DNA from: an uncultured Flavobacteriaceae bacterium
GTDB taxonomy: Bacteria; Bacteroidota; Bacteroidia; Flavobacteriales; Flavobacteriaceae
Assembly (NCBI GenBank): GCA_913062575.1
Contig: CAJXVT010000007.1
Location: 967-64,966, forward strand
Length of the DNA stretch: 64,000 nt
Direction: 5' to 3'
Part shown: piece by piece, positions 10,023 to 19,496 of the stretch
How the letters are laid out: each line of letters begins with the position of its first letter
Numbering within the stretch: the first letter of the stretch is position 1
The notes under the pieces: model-generated
The model's database searches: none
Told to the model about the DNA's origin: nothing
The model's input: the letters and a program-made list of their open reading frames with translations, nothing else
Made by a program: the position numbers and the translations under genes

Positions 10023-11231
10023 ATGAAAACAAAACGTTTTTACTATATAATAGCTGCCTTAAGTTTTATCCTTGTTATTATCTCTTGTGATAAGACATTG
10101 CCAAATGCTCCTGAAGAAAACTTATTACTTGATGGGCCTCTAGAAGGTCTTACTCATGAACAACAACTTCAATTTTTAAAAGGAGATATCGCTTTTAATG
10201 ATGATGTTTTTACTGTAGAAAAAGGACTTGGGCCTCTTTTTAACGCAAATAGTTGTGCAACTTGTCATGCAGGTGACGGAAAAGGACACCCTTTTATTGG
10301 TTTTACTCGTTTTGGACAAACAGATGCTACTGGAAATAATTTTTTAAATCAAGGAGCTCCACAATTGCAAAACAAAGCAATTCCGGGTTACGCGCCAGAG
10401 CAACTACCAGCAGGAGCTACATTTAGCAATTTACTTGCGCCAGCTGTAACAGGGCTTGGTTTTTTAGATGCTGTTAGTGATGCAGATCTTATTGCTTTAT
10501 CTGATCCTAATGACATAAACAATGACGGAATAAGCGGTGTTCCACATTGGAATACTATTCCAGAATATGCAAAAGCACAATTACGACCAAATACCATTAC
10601 AAATGGAGGAAAGCATATAACTCGATTTGGGAAAAAAGGAGCAGCTTATAATTTACTGCAACAAACATCAGAAGCCTATAACCAAGATATGGGAATTACT
10701 TCTGTATTTGAAATAATTGATACGTATAGTGGATTGGAAATTGATCCAGAAGTAGGAACAGAACAAGTAAATGATGTTGTTTTCTATTTAAAAACATTAA
10801 AAGCTCCATTAAGAAGAGACGAAACAAATCCAGATGTTATTGAAGGTGAAAAGTTATTTACAGAAATGAAGTGTGCTAGTTGTCATACTCCAACATTACA
10901 AACTGGGCCATCTACTATTGAAGCTTTATCAAACAAAACATTTCATCCATATACAGATTTGTTACTGCATGATATGGGAACTTTATTAGACGATAATTAC
11001 ACCGAAGGTTTTGCCTTAACTAGCGAATGGAAAACACCAGCATTATGGGGACTTGGACTTTCTCAAGATTCACAAGGTGGTACCTATTTCTTAATGCATG
11101 ATGGTAGAGCAAAATCAATAGAGGAAGCTATTTTACTACATGGTGGCGAGGCCTTACAATCTAAAAACAAGTACGAACAACTATTAGAATCTAAAAAGAA
11201 ACAGGTTTTAAAGTTCTTAGAATCACTATAA
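10023..11231 (+). CDS. Di-heme oxidoreductase family (DUF1111-like) cytochrome c lipoprotein
   Basis: Lipobox IISC; two CxxCH motifs (CATCH, CASCH); GLGPLFN, DLLLHDMG, WKTPALWG, HDGRA family motifs. Confidence 0.85.
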   Translation: MKTKRFYYIIAALSFILVIISCDKTLPNAPEENLLLDGPLEGLTHEQQLQFLKGDIAFNDDVFTVEKGLGPLFNANSCATCHAGDGKGHPFIGFTRFGQTDATGNNFLNQGAPQLQNKAIPGYAPEQLPAGATFSNLLAPAVTGLGFLDAVSDADLIALSDPNDINNDGISGVPHWNTIPEYAKAQLRPNTITNGGKHITRFGKKGAAYNLLQQTSEAYNQDMGITSVFEIIDTYSGLEIDPEVGTEQVNDVVFYLKTLKAPLRRDETNPDVIEGEKLFTEMKCASCHTPTLQTGPSTIEALSNKTFHPYTDLLLHDMGTLLDDNYTEGFALTSEWKTPALWGLGLSQDSQGGTYFLMHDGRAKSIEEAILLHGGEALQSKNKYEQLLESKKKQVLKFLESL

Positions 11232-11232
11232 T

Positions 11233-11676
11233 ATGGAGCGTAGAAAATTCATAAAAACATGTTGTATTACTGCTGTTGGTCTACCAATATTAGCATCGAC
11301 ATTTCATTCTTGTGCAAGTGCTATTCATTATGCTTCAGTAACTAAAAAAGCAAATCGTTTGGTCGTAAAAAAAACAGCCTTTTTTGAAGTAAAAAACAAC
11401 AAAGAAATAGCAAGAGATTTTGTTTTAGTAAAAACAGAAGACATGAGCTTCCCTATTTGCTTGTACAAAACAAAAAACAACACCTATATCGCATCTTTAC
11501 TAAAATGTACTCATAGAGGATGTGAACTTAATGTTGGTGGCGGAATCTATACCTGTCCTTGTCATGGAAGTGAATTTACCATAGAAGGTGATGTATTAGA
11601 AGGACCAGCAGAAAAAAAATTAAAAACATTTGAAATCATTACTGACAATGAAAACATTTACATTTTACAAGCATAA
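11233..11676 (+). CDS. Tat-exported Rieske [2Fe-2S] protein (probable lipoprotein)
   Basis: MERRKFIK twin-arginine signal; FHSC lipobox-like site; CTHRGC and CPCHGS Rieske boxes. Confidence 0.88.
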   Translation: MERRKFIKTCCITAVGLPILASTFHSCASAIHYASVTKKANRLVVKKTAFFEVKNNKEIARDFVLVKTEDMSFPICLYKTKNNTYIASLLKCTHRGCELNVGGGIYTCPCHGSEFTIEGDVLEGPAEKKLKTFEIITDNENIYILQA

Positions 11677-12898
11677 ACTAGTTATTTTTACATTAACATT
11701 TGTAGTTGCAAGTAGTAACATAAATGCTCAAGAAACCAATTCTATTTTTAAACGTTCAAAGGTAGATACTACTTCTGCTCAGCTAAACATGGATGCTACC
11801 TATAATAGACCGTTTTTAAAATTAGATAAGGTTCCTGTTGCTTTTGGCGGTTATCTTGAAGCGAACTCAATATATTCTTCTGAAGATGGTGTTTCTGATG
11901 GTTTATCTTTTCAGGCACGTAGATTAACGTTGTTTATGTCTGCTACTATTTCTAAAAGAATCAAATTTCTTTCAGAGATAGAGTTTGAAGATGGCGGTAA
12001 AGAGATTGCCATTGAATTTGCGGCATTAGATGTAATTTTATATCCTGAATTTAATTTTAGAGGAGGAATTATAATGAATCCTATTGGCGGATTTAATCAA
12101 AACCATGATGGACCAAAATGGGAGTTTGTAGAGCGCCCTAATATGGCGAATCAATTATTACCTGCTACTTGGTCTAATGCTGGGTTTGGAATCTTCGGAA
12201 AAACATACAAGAACAACTGGATTATAGGTTATGAAGCGTATTTAACCAATGGTTTTGACAATAATATTATCAATAATGAAGAAAGTAAAACTTTTTTACC
12301 TGCTTCGAAAGAAAATGGGGAACGCTTTGAAGAAAGCAATAGCGGACATGCCCTTTTTACTGGAAAAATTGCCTTTAAAAACAGAAAAATTGGTGAAATA
12401 GGCTTTTCATATATGAATGGTGTGTATAACAAATACGAAGAAGATGGTTTGGTATTGGACACAAAAAGAAAATTGAGTGTCTATGCAGTAGATTTTACTA
12501 CAACCATCAAAAAAACAAACACCTATATTGTTGGTGAGTATGCTTTTATTTCTGTGGATGTTCCAAAAACTTTTACACAGCAATATGGTAATAAACAGCA
12601 AGGTTTCTTTGTTGATATTGTACAACCTGTTTTAAAACGTAAGGTATTGGATTGGGACAATGCAACTTTAAATTTAGCCGTTCGGTTTGATTATGTAGAT
12701 TGGAATATTGGAACCTTTAACGAAACAAACACCAATATCGGAGACGATTTATGGGCGGTTACACCAGCTATTAGTTTTAGACCTACTTCTCAAACTGTAT
12801 TTAGATTGAATTACCGGTACCAATGGCAAAGAGACATTTTAGCAAATGCTCCAGCAAATCAAGCGTCTTGGTTACTTGGTTTTAGCACGTATTTTTAA
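11648..12898 (+). CDS. Outer-membrane beta-barrel/porin
   Basis: Signal peptide ending NINAQ (ATG 11648); alternating amphipathic strands (FGGYLEA, FLSEIEFE); C-terminal ...LGFSTYF BAM motif. Confidence 0.75.
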   Translation: MKTFTFYKHKLVIFTLTFVVASSNINAQETNSIFKRSKVDTTSAQLNMDATYNRPFLKLDKVPVAFGGYLEANSIYSSEDGVSDGLSFQARRLTLFMSATISKRIKFLSEIEFEDGGKEIAIEFAALDVILYPEFNFRGGIIMNPIGGFNQNHDGPKWEFVERPNMANQLLPATWSNAGFGIFGKTYKNNWIIGYEAYLTNGFDNNIINNEESKTFLPASKENGERFEESNSGHALFTGKIAFKNRKIGEIGFSYMNGVYNKYEEDGLVLDTKRKLSVYAVDFTTTIKKTNTYIVGEYAFISVDVPKTFTQQYGNKQQGFFVDIVQPVLKRKVLDWDNATLNLAVRFDYVDWNIGTFNETNTNIGDDLWAVTPAISFRPTSQTVFRLNYRYQWQRDILANAPANQASWLLGFSTYF

Positions 12899-13471
12899 CT
12901 AGTTATTACTACTCCATAACCTTGGAATCATAGCTCTTAATTTTAAACTATACACAACACCAACAGAAAAATAGGTATGTGAACGCATACTTCCGAAAGT
13001 TTCTAATGAGTTTTTGTGTAAAAGTTGAATATTAGCACCATATCTAGAGTTTAGCCAAAATGTTCCTCCGGCACCAATATTAAATGTTGGCGTCATTTTG
13101 TACGTGGTTTTCAACAAACTCCCTCCAAACATTATGTAAGGCACAAAATTTTCTTTTGACTTTCCAAAATCATATTTTACAGCCCCATCTAAAGAAAAGT
13201 AAGGAACATCATTTTTATAAAAACCCGAAATTTCATTGATTGTGTTAAACGATATTGCTGCATCTAGTGTTAATCCTTTATAAAAATACCTTGACACATT
13301 CAGTTTTGGCATTTGAAAAATAAATTGTTCACCTATAAAATGTGAATCTTCTGATGTAAATTTTACGACTCCAACACTAGCGCCAACTACCCATTTATTC
13401 TCTTTATTTTGACCAAACAACTGAGATCCAACAAAGAAGAAAATTAAAAAAACTTTCAAAAACTTAGACAT
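12899..13471 (-). CDS. Small outer-membrane beta-barrel protein (OmpA transmembrane-like)
   Basis: Signal peptide; strand pattern like the barrel at 1..658; no peptidoglycan-binding domain. Confidence 0.65.
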   Translation of the reverse strand: MSKFLKVFLIFFFVGSQLFGQNKENKWVVGASVGVVKFTSEDSHFIGEQFIFQMPKLNVSRYFYKGLTLDAAISFNTINEISGFYKNDVPYFSLDGAVKYDFGKSKENFVPYIMFGGSLLKTTYKMTPTFNIGAGGTFWLNSRYGANIQLLHKNSLETFGSMRSHTYFSVGVVYSLKLRAMIPRLWSSNN

Positions 13472-13568
13472 AACTTTTTATTTTCTTTTATAAATAACTC
13501 TTTTTTGATAAAGTTATTGTTTTTTTTGATAAAGTAGGTTTTTAACACTGTAATTTCCAAATAGATAG

Positions 13569-13576
13569 TACATTTG
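13569..13576 (+). promoter_or_regulatory. -7 element for mfd
   Basis: TACATTTG matches TAnnTTTG; implies the mfd start is TTG 13592. Confidence 0.6.
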
Positions 13577-13591
13577 CTAAAAATAGTTGAG

Positions 13592-16500
13592 TTGAGTAGA
13601 GAGATTATTAGTAATCGATATGAAAAATCTGCTAAAACCAAGCAGATTTTAAGTGAACTTCAACACGAACAAAACCATTTTCAAATTACGAATTTGGTCG
13701 GCTCGTCGTTGTCTTTTGTTATTTCAGAAAGTTTTAAAGTTGCCCAAAAACCGTATTTGTTAATCTTTAATGATAAGGAAGAAGCAGCATATTATTTAAA
13801 TGATTTTGAGCAATTATTGGGCGATAAAAATGTGTTGTTTTACCCCGGTTCTTATCGAAGGCCTTATCAAATTGAAGAGGTTGATAACGCCAATGTTTTA
13901 TTGCGATCTGAAGTTTTAAATAGAATTAATTCTCAAAAGAAACCTGCTGTAATTATTACCTATCCAGATGCGTTATTTGAAAAAGTAGTTACCAAAAGAG
14001 AGTTAGAAAAAAACACGTTAAAAGTTAGTGTTTCAGATAATTTATCGCTAGATTTTGTAAACGAAGTTTTATTTGAATACAATTTTAACCGTGTTGATTT
14101 TGTTACAGAACCTGGAGAGTTTTCTGTTCGAGGCGGAATTATTGATGTCTTTTCTTTTTCTAATGATGAACCGTATAGAATTGAGTTTTTTGGTGATGAA
14201 ATTGATAGCATCAGAACCTTTGATGTAGAAACGCAACTTTCTAAAGACAAGCTGAAGAAAGTAAGCATCATGCCCAATGTAGAGAACAAAACATTGCAAG
14301 AAAAAAGAGAAAGTTTCTTGAAATATATTTCTTCAAAAACAATTATTTTTACTCAAAACACCGATTTATTAACTGGAAAACTCGATAAATTCTTCACAAA
14401 AGCAACCGAATATTTTGACGACCTATCTAAAGAAATCAATCATTCTAAACCTTCAGAATTATTTTGTGATGGCGCATTTATAAATCAGCAGTTGCAAGGT
14501 TTTACCCTGGCTTCTATTAATCAGCCAGAAAAGATTCACACCACAACAAATATTACCTATAAAATAAACCCTCAACCATCTTTTAATAAACAATTTGACC
14601 TTTTAATAAAAAATCTAAACAACTACTCTAAACAAGGATATACCAATTACCTTTTTTGTGCGAACGAAAAACAGGCACAACGTTTTCACGACATTTTTGA
14701 AGATGTAGAACAGGATGTAAATTACGAAACCATTGTATTTCCTTTACATCAAGGGTTTATTGACGCCGAAGAGAAAATTGTTTGCTATACTGATCACCAA
14801 ATTTTTGAACGTTATCATAAATTCAGATTAAAAAATGGATACGCAAAAAAGCAATCTATTACTTTAAAAGAATTGACCAATTTAGAAATTGGTGATTATG
14901 TAACACACATGGATCATGGAATCGGAAAATTTGGTGGATTACAAAAAATTGATGTTGAAGGAAACAAGCAAGAAGCTATTAAATTAATTTATGGTGATCG
15001 TGATATTTTATACATCAGCATTCATTCTTTACATAAAATTTCTAAGTTCAGTGGCAAAGATGGTAAACCTCCAAAAGTATACAAATTAGGGTCTGGAGCT
15101 TGGAAAAAAATCAAACAAAAAACCAAGGCTAGAGTTAAACATATTGCTTTTAATTTAATCAAATTATATGCAAAGAGAAGGCTTGAAAAAGGCTTTCAAT
15201 ATGGTCCAGACACACATATTCAGCACGAATTAGAAGCTAGTTTTTTATACGAAGATACTCCAGATCAATATACAGCAACACAAGATGTAAAAGCTGACAT
15301 GGAAAAAGAACAACCTATGGATCGTTTGATTTGTGGTGATGTTGGTTTTGGTAAAACAGAAGTTGCTATTAGAGCGGCTTTTAAAGCAGTAGACAACGGC
15401 AAACAAGTTGCTATTTTAGTGCCTACTACGATATTGGCTTTTCAACATTTTAAAACATTTACTGAACGTTTAAAAAACTTTCCTGTTACCATAGATTATC
15501 TGAACAGATTTAGAACAACTAATCAAAAAAACGGTGTTATAGAAGGTCTATCTAACGGTTCTGTAGACATTGTTATTGGTACACATCAATTGACAAATAA
15601 ACGCATTAATTTTAAAGACTTAGGGCTGCTTATTATTGACGAAGAACAAAAATTTGGTGTTGCTGTAAAAGACAAATTAAAAACAATTAAAGAGAATGTT
15701 GATACTTTAACCTTAACTGCAACTCCAATACCTAGAACCTTGCAGTTTAGCTTAATGGCAGCAAGAGATTTATCTGTAATTAACACTGCGCCACCCAACA
15801 GACACCCAATAGAAACGAATGTAATCCGCTTTAGCGAAGAAACTATTAGAGATGCTGTTTCTTATGAAATTTCTAGAGGAGGACAAGTCTTTTTTATTCA
15901 TAATAGAATAGAAAATATTAAAGAAGTTGCAGGTCTTTTACAACGTTTATTACCGAGTGCAAAAATTGGCATTGGACATGGGCAAATGGAAGGTAAAAAA
16001 CTAGAAGAATTGATGCTTGGTTTTATGAACAACGAGTTTGATGTACTGGTTTCCACTACTATTATTGAAAGTGGTTTAGATGTACCAAATGCCAATACTA
16101 TTTTCATAAATAATGCTAACAATTTTGGCTTGTCAGATTTACATCAAATGCGTGGACGTGTTGGTCGATCTAACAAAAAAGCGTTCTGTTATTTTGTTAC
16201 TCCGCCTTATCATATGATGACAGATGAAGCCAGAAAACGAATTGAAGCGCTGGTCTTATTTTCTGATTTAGGAAGCGGATTAAATATCGCCATGAAAGAT
16301 TTAGAAATTCGCGGTGCTGGAGATTTATTAGGAGGAGAGCAAAGTGGGTTTATCAACGATATTGGGTTTGATACTTATCAAAAAATATTAAGTGAAGCCA
16401 TTGACGAATTAAAAGAAAACGAATTTAAAGAGCTCTTTCCTGCAGATACGTCAAAACCAAAAGAGTTTGTAAAAGAGGTACAAATTGATACTGATTTCGA

Positions 16501-16927
16501 AATATTATTTCCAGATGATTATGTGAATTCAATTACTGAAAGATTGAATTTATACAATGAACTTGCGAGCCTAACTATAGAGGTTGAATTAAAACAATTC
16601 GAAACGAGAATGATTGATCGTTTTGGGGAGCTCCCTATCCAAGTAGTTGACTTATTTGATAGTTTACGCATTAAATGGTTGGCTAAAAAATTAGGTTTAG
16701 AGAAAATTATTTTAAAGAAAAAACGCATGATTGGCTATTTTGTTTCTGATCAACAAAGCGAATTTTATCAAACCCAAAACTTCACCAATATGATAACTTA
16801 TGTGCAAAAGAATGGTAAAACTTGTGTGATGAAAGAAAAGGAAACTAAAAATGGTTTGCGTTTATTAGTTACCTTTATCCACATCGATTCTGTTTCAAAG
16901 GCATTAACGGTTTTAAACAATATCTAA
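13592..16927 (+). CDS. mfd: Transcription-repair coupling factor
   Basis: EFSVRGGIIDVF, CarD-like domain, DRLICGDVGFGKTEVA, DEEQKFGV, TATPIPRTL, QMRGRVGRS, DLEIRGAG. Start uncertain (13574 or 13592). Confidence 0.97.
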   Translation: MSREIISNRYEKSAKTKQILSELQHEQNHFQITNLVGSSLSFVISESFKVAQKPYLLIFNDKEEAAYYLNDFEQLLGDKNVLFYPGSYRRPYQIEEVDNANVLLRSEVLNRINSQKKPAVIITYPDALFEKVVTKRELEKNTLKVSVSDNLSLDFVNEVLFEYNFNRVDFVTEPGEFSVRGGIIDVFSFSNDEPYRIEFFGDEIDSIRTFDVETQLSKDKLKKVSIMPNVENKTLQEKRESFLKYISSKTIIFTQNTDLLTGKLDKFFTKATEYFDDLSKEINHSKPSELFCDGAFINQQLQGFTLASINQPEKIHTTTNITYKINPQPSFNKQFDLLIKNLNNYSKQGYTNYLFCANEKQAQRFHDIFEDVEQDVNYETIVFPLHQGFIDAEEKIVCYTDHQIFERYHKFRLKNGYAKKQSITLKELTNLEIGDYVTHMDHGIGKFGGLQKIDVEGNKQEAIKLIYGDRDILYISIHSLHKISKFSGKDGKPPKVYKLGSGAWKKIKQKTKARVKHIAFNLIKLYAKRRLEKGFQYGPDTHIQHELEASFLYEDTPDQYTATQDVKADMEKEQPMDRLICGDVGFGKTEVAIRAAFKAVDNGKQVAILVPTTILAFQHFKTFTERLKNFPVTIDYLNRFRTTNQKNGVIEGLSNGSVDIVIGTHQLTNKRINFKDLGLLIIDEEQKFGVAVKDKLKTIKENVDTLTLTATPIPRTLQFSLMAARDLSVINTAPPNRHPIETNVIRFSEETIRDAVSYEISRGGQVFFIHNRIENIKEVAGLLQRLLPSAKIGIGHGQMEGKKLEELMLGFMNNEFDVLVSTTIIESGLDVPNANTIFINNANNFGLSDLHQMRGRVGRSNKKAFCYFVTPPYHMMTDEARKRIEALVLFSDLGSGLNIAMKDLEIRGAGDLLGGEQSGFINDIGFDTYQKILSEAIDELKENEFKELFPADTSKPKEFVKEVQIDTDFEILFPDDYVNSITERLNLYNELASLTIEVELKQFETRMIDRFGELPIQVVDLFDSLRIKWLAKKLGLEKIILKKKRMIGYFVSDQQSEFYQTQNFTNMITYVQKNGKTCVMKEKETKNGLRLLVTFIHIDSVSKALTVLNNI

Positions 16928-17482
16928 ATGGCGTCAATTTTTGGTCATGCATTAACCGCAGTTGCAATTGGAAATAGCTTTTCTAAAAGCGTTACTAATT
17001 GGAAGTTTTGGTTGCTTGGAATGGGTTGTGCAATGTTTCCAGATGCAGATGTTATTGGGTTTAGCTTCGGAATTGAATACAGTAGTTTTTGGGGACATCG
17101 TGGTTTTTCTCATTCACTACTTTTTGCATTGATTTTTGGAGTTATAATTACTTTGATTTTTTACAAAAAACAGTTTTCTACAAAAAAAGGAATGCTTTTC
17201 ATATTGTTTTTCTTTTTATGTACAGCTTCACATGGTGTTTTAGATGCTATGACTACTGGAGGAAGAGGTATTGCTTTCTTTTCTCCATTTGACAACACAC
17301 GCCATTTCTTTTCTTGGAGACCCATAAAAGTTTCTCCAATCGGAATTGAACGCTTCTTTAGCGAACGAGGTTTTAGAGTTCTCAAAAGCGAATTTATTTG
17401 GATTGCAATTCCAAGTTTGATGTATATATTGTCTACGTTTATTGTTAGAAAAATCAAATCAAAAAAGAAAATACATCAATGA
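16928..17482 (+). CDS. Metal-dependent hydrolase (YdjM family), membrane protein
   Basis: GH...PDAD...GHRGFSHS...HGVLDA motifs. Confidence 0.85.
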   Translation: MASIFGHALTAVAIGNSFSKSVTNWKFWLLGMGCAMFPDADVIGFSFGIEYSSFWGHRGFSHSLLFALIFGVIITLIFYKKQFSTKKGMLFILFFFLCTASHGVLDAMTTGGRGIAFFSPFDNTRHFFSWRPIKVSPIGIERFFSERGFRVLKSEFIWIAIPSLMYILSTFIVRKIKSKKKIHQ

Positions 17483-18342
17483 AAGATTCTCATCTAAAAC
17501 ATATTTTTGAGCTGCTCTTGGCGACATTATTTATAAGTACTTCTGGAGTTTTAGGAAAGTATATAGATATGCCTCCTCCAGTAATTGTTTGGTGGCGATC
17601 TTCTTTAGCAATGCTATTTATTTACTTGTATTGCAGATATAAAAACATCAATCTAAAAATAAACTCGAAAAAAGACTTCCTCATATTTGTGCTAGGAGCA
17701 ATCTTTATGGCTATCCATTGGATTACCTATTTTTACGCGTTAAAACTCTCTAATGTTGCTCTAGGAATGTTGTCTTTATATACCTTTCCAGTAATTACGG
17801 CTTTATTAGAACCTTTCTTTATCAAAACAAAATTCAACCCGACTCATATTTTACTAGGTGGAATTGTTTTACTCGGAATTTACATTTTAGCGCCAGAATT
17901 TAATCTAGAAAGTTCTCATGTGCAAGGAATCATTTTAGGATTAATTTCTGCCTTATGTTATTCTTTGCGAATCTTACTTATGAAACAACAAGTAGCTAAG
18001 TATAATGGAACTATGTTAATGTTTTATCAGGTATTAATGATTACTGTTTTGCTTGTACCAACATTATTTATGATGGACACTTCAAATATAGAAACTCAAT
18101 ATCCATATGTGCTATTACTAGCTTTATTAACTACAGCTATTGGGCACACAATTATGGTGAAGAAATTTTCTTATTTTTCGGTTTCAACAGCAAGTATTAT
18201 CAGTAGTATTCAACCAATATTCGGAATTATTCTAGCCTTCTTTTTCTTACATGAAATTCCAACAATGAACACCTTTTTTGGCGGCATGTTGATTTTGTCT
18301 ACGGTTGTTATTGAGAGTATTAGGTCAAAAAAGAAACATTAA
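17479..18342 (+). CDS. DMT/EamA family transporter
   Basis: About 10 hydrophobic helices in two repeats; YTFP, QPIFG...HEIP motifs. Confidence 0.88.
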   Translation: MKDSHLKHIFELLLATLFISTSGVLGKYIDMPPPVIVWWRSSLAMLFIYLYCRYKNINLKINSKKDFLIFVLGAIFMAIHWITYFYALKLSNVALGMLSLYTFPVITALLEPFFIKTKFNPTHILLGGIVLLGIYILAPEFNLESSHVQGIILGLISALCYSLRILLMKQQVAKYNGTMLMFYQVLMITVLLVPTLFMMDTSNIETQYPYVLLLALLTTAIGHTIMVKKFSYFSVSTASIISSIQPIFGIILAFFFLHEIPTMNTFFGGMLILSTVVIESIRSKKKH

Positions 18343-19397
18343 TACGTACTGATATCTAAATAATTTCGCTTGACAAAAACTAAGATAGTTTCTAAAATTT
18401 CTCCCATGTTTTTACATTTCTTAAAAGCGATATCATTTGTGAAGGTGAAAACTTCTTTTTTTAATCTTTCAATATTTTTATCATAAGAGATGCTGTCATT
18501 TTTCATGCAATCAATCAAATCTGAAATTCTATCATAAGAACTAATCATTCGTTTTGCCATAATAGACCGCTCTTCAACTTTGTATTGCTCAATAGATGTT
18601 GGCAACAGCTTATTGCCTACCATTTCTACCATTTTACGGTTCTCTTTAAAAAACTGAAGGTTGTATACTTTTAATTTTCCTTCAAAAGACTGTTGGTCAA
18701 AATCTATAGCACGAATTTTATAAACCACATGATCAAAATCGTGCGTTGGTACAATCACGTAATTATAAGAACGCATATCTCCCAATAAACGAATCATACA
18801 GCGTTCATTGAACTTTACAAATTCTTTTGCTATTTGTGCCTTTTCTGGCTCCGTACAATTGGGTAACATATCTTTAATAAATACATCTCCAGGAATTCCC
18901 GTAATGTGTTCTTCAATCAAGGTGTTTTTATACACTAAAAAGTTTAAATGATCTGGAGAAAGAATATGCTCTAATTCCAGTCCATACACACGAGAGGCAT
19001 CTGTTTTTTTTACATAAAAATAAATGTAATTGTCATTTAATACATTTCTTATTTTTATTCGAAAAGGCTTTGAATTACCAAACGTACAATAATCTACAGC
19101 ATCAACATTTAAATATGGAATTGTATCTTCATTACCATTAGAATGTAAAATAGTATAGATTTTTTTTAGACTTAAATCAATTTCTTTTCTTTCGTGTTCA
19201 TCATAATACGCTCGTACCCATAAGGTGTCTTCATCATATTTGTCATACACTACAACTGAGCCTTGAAAGCGCAATAAATCATCATAAAAAACAGGAATCT
19301 TAATAGCTCTACTATGCTCAACCAAGTAGTTATTCAGCTTTTCATTTACTGGAAATGCTGGTTTTTTTTGAGACATTAATTTTTCTTCAATTGACAT
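18339..19397 (-). CDS. Conserved hypothetical protein with atypical-kinase-like motifs
   Basis: Long clean ORF (ATG 19397, MSIEEKL); YVKK, GDMRSYN, AIDFD motifs. Confidence 0.75.
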   Translation of the reverse strand: MSIEEKLMSQKKPAFPVNEKLNNYLVEHSRAIKIPVFYDDLLRFQGSVVVYDKYDEDTLWVRAYYDEHERKEIDLSLKKIYTILHSNGNEDTIPYLNVDAVDYCTFGNSKPFRIKIRNVLNDNYIYFYVKKTDASRVYGLELEHILSPDHLNFLVYKNTLIEEHITGIPGDVFIKDMLPNCTEPEKAQIAKEFVKFNERCMIRLLGDMRSYNYVIVPTHDFDHVVYKIRAIDFDQQSFEGKLKVYNLQFFKENRKMVEMVGNKLLPTSIEQYKVEERSIMAKRMISSYDRISDLIDCMKNDSISYDKNIERLKKEVFTFTNDIAFKKCKNMGEILETILVFVKRNYLDISTY

Positions 19398-19496
19398 TTT
19401 AGGTGATTTTTCAATCAAAAATAGTGATAAAAGATAACACTCTTGTTATCCATGAAAAATCTTGTTTACCAATAAAACAGATAAACGAGTAAGTAC

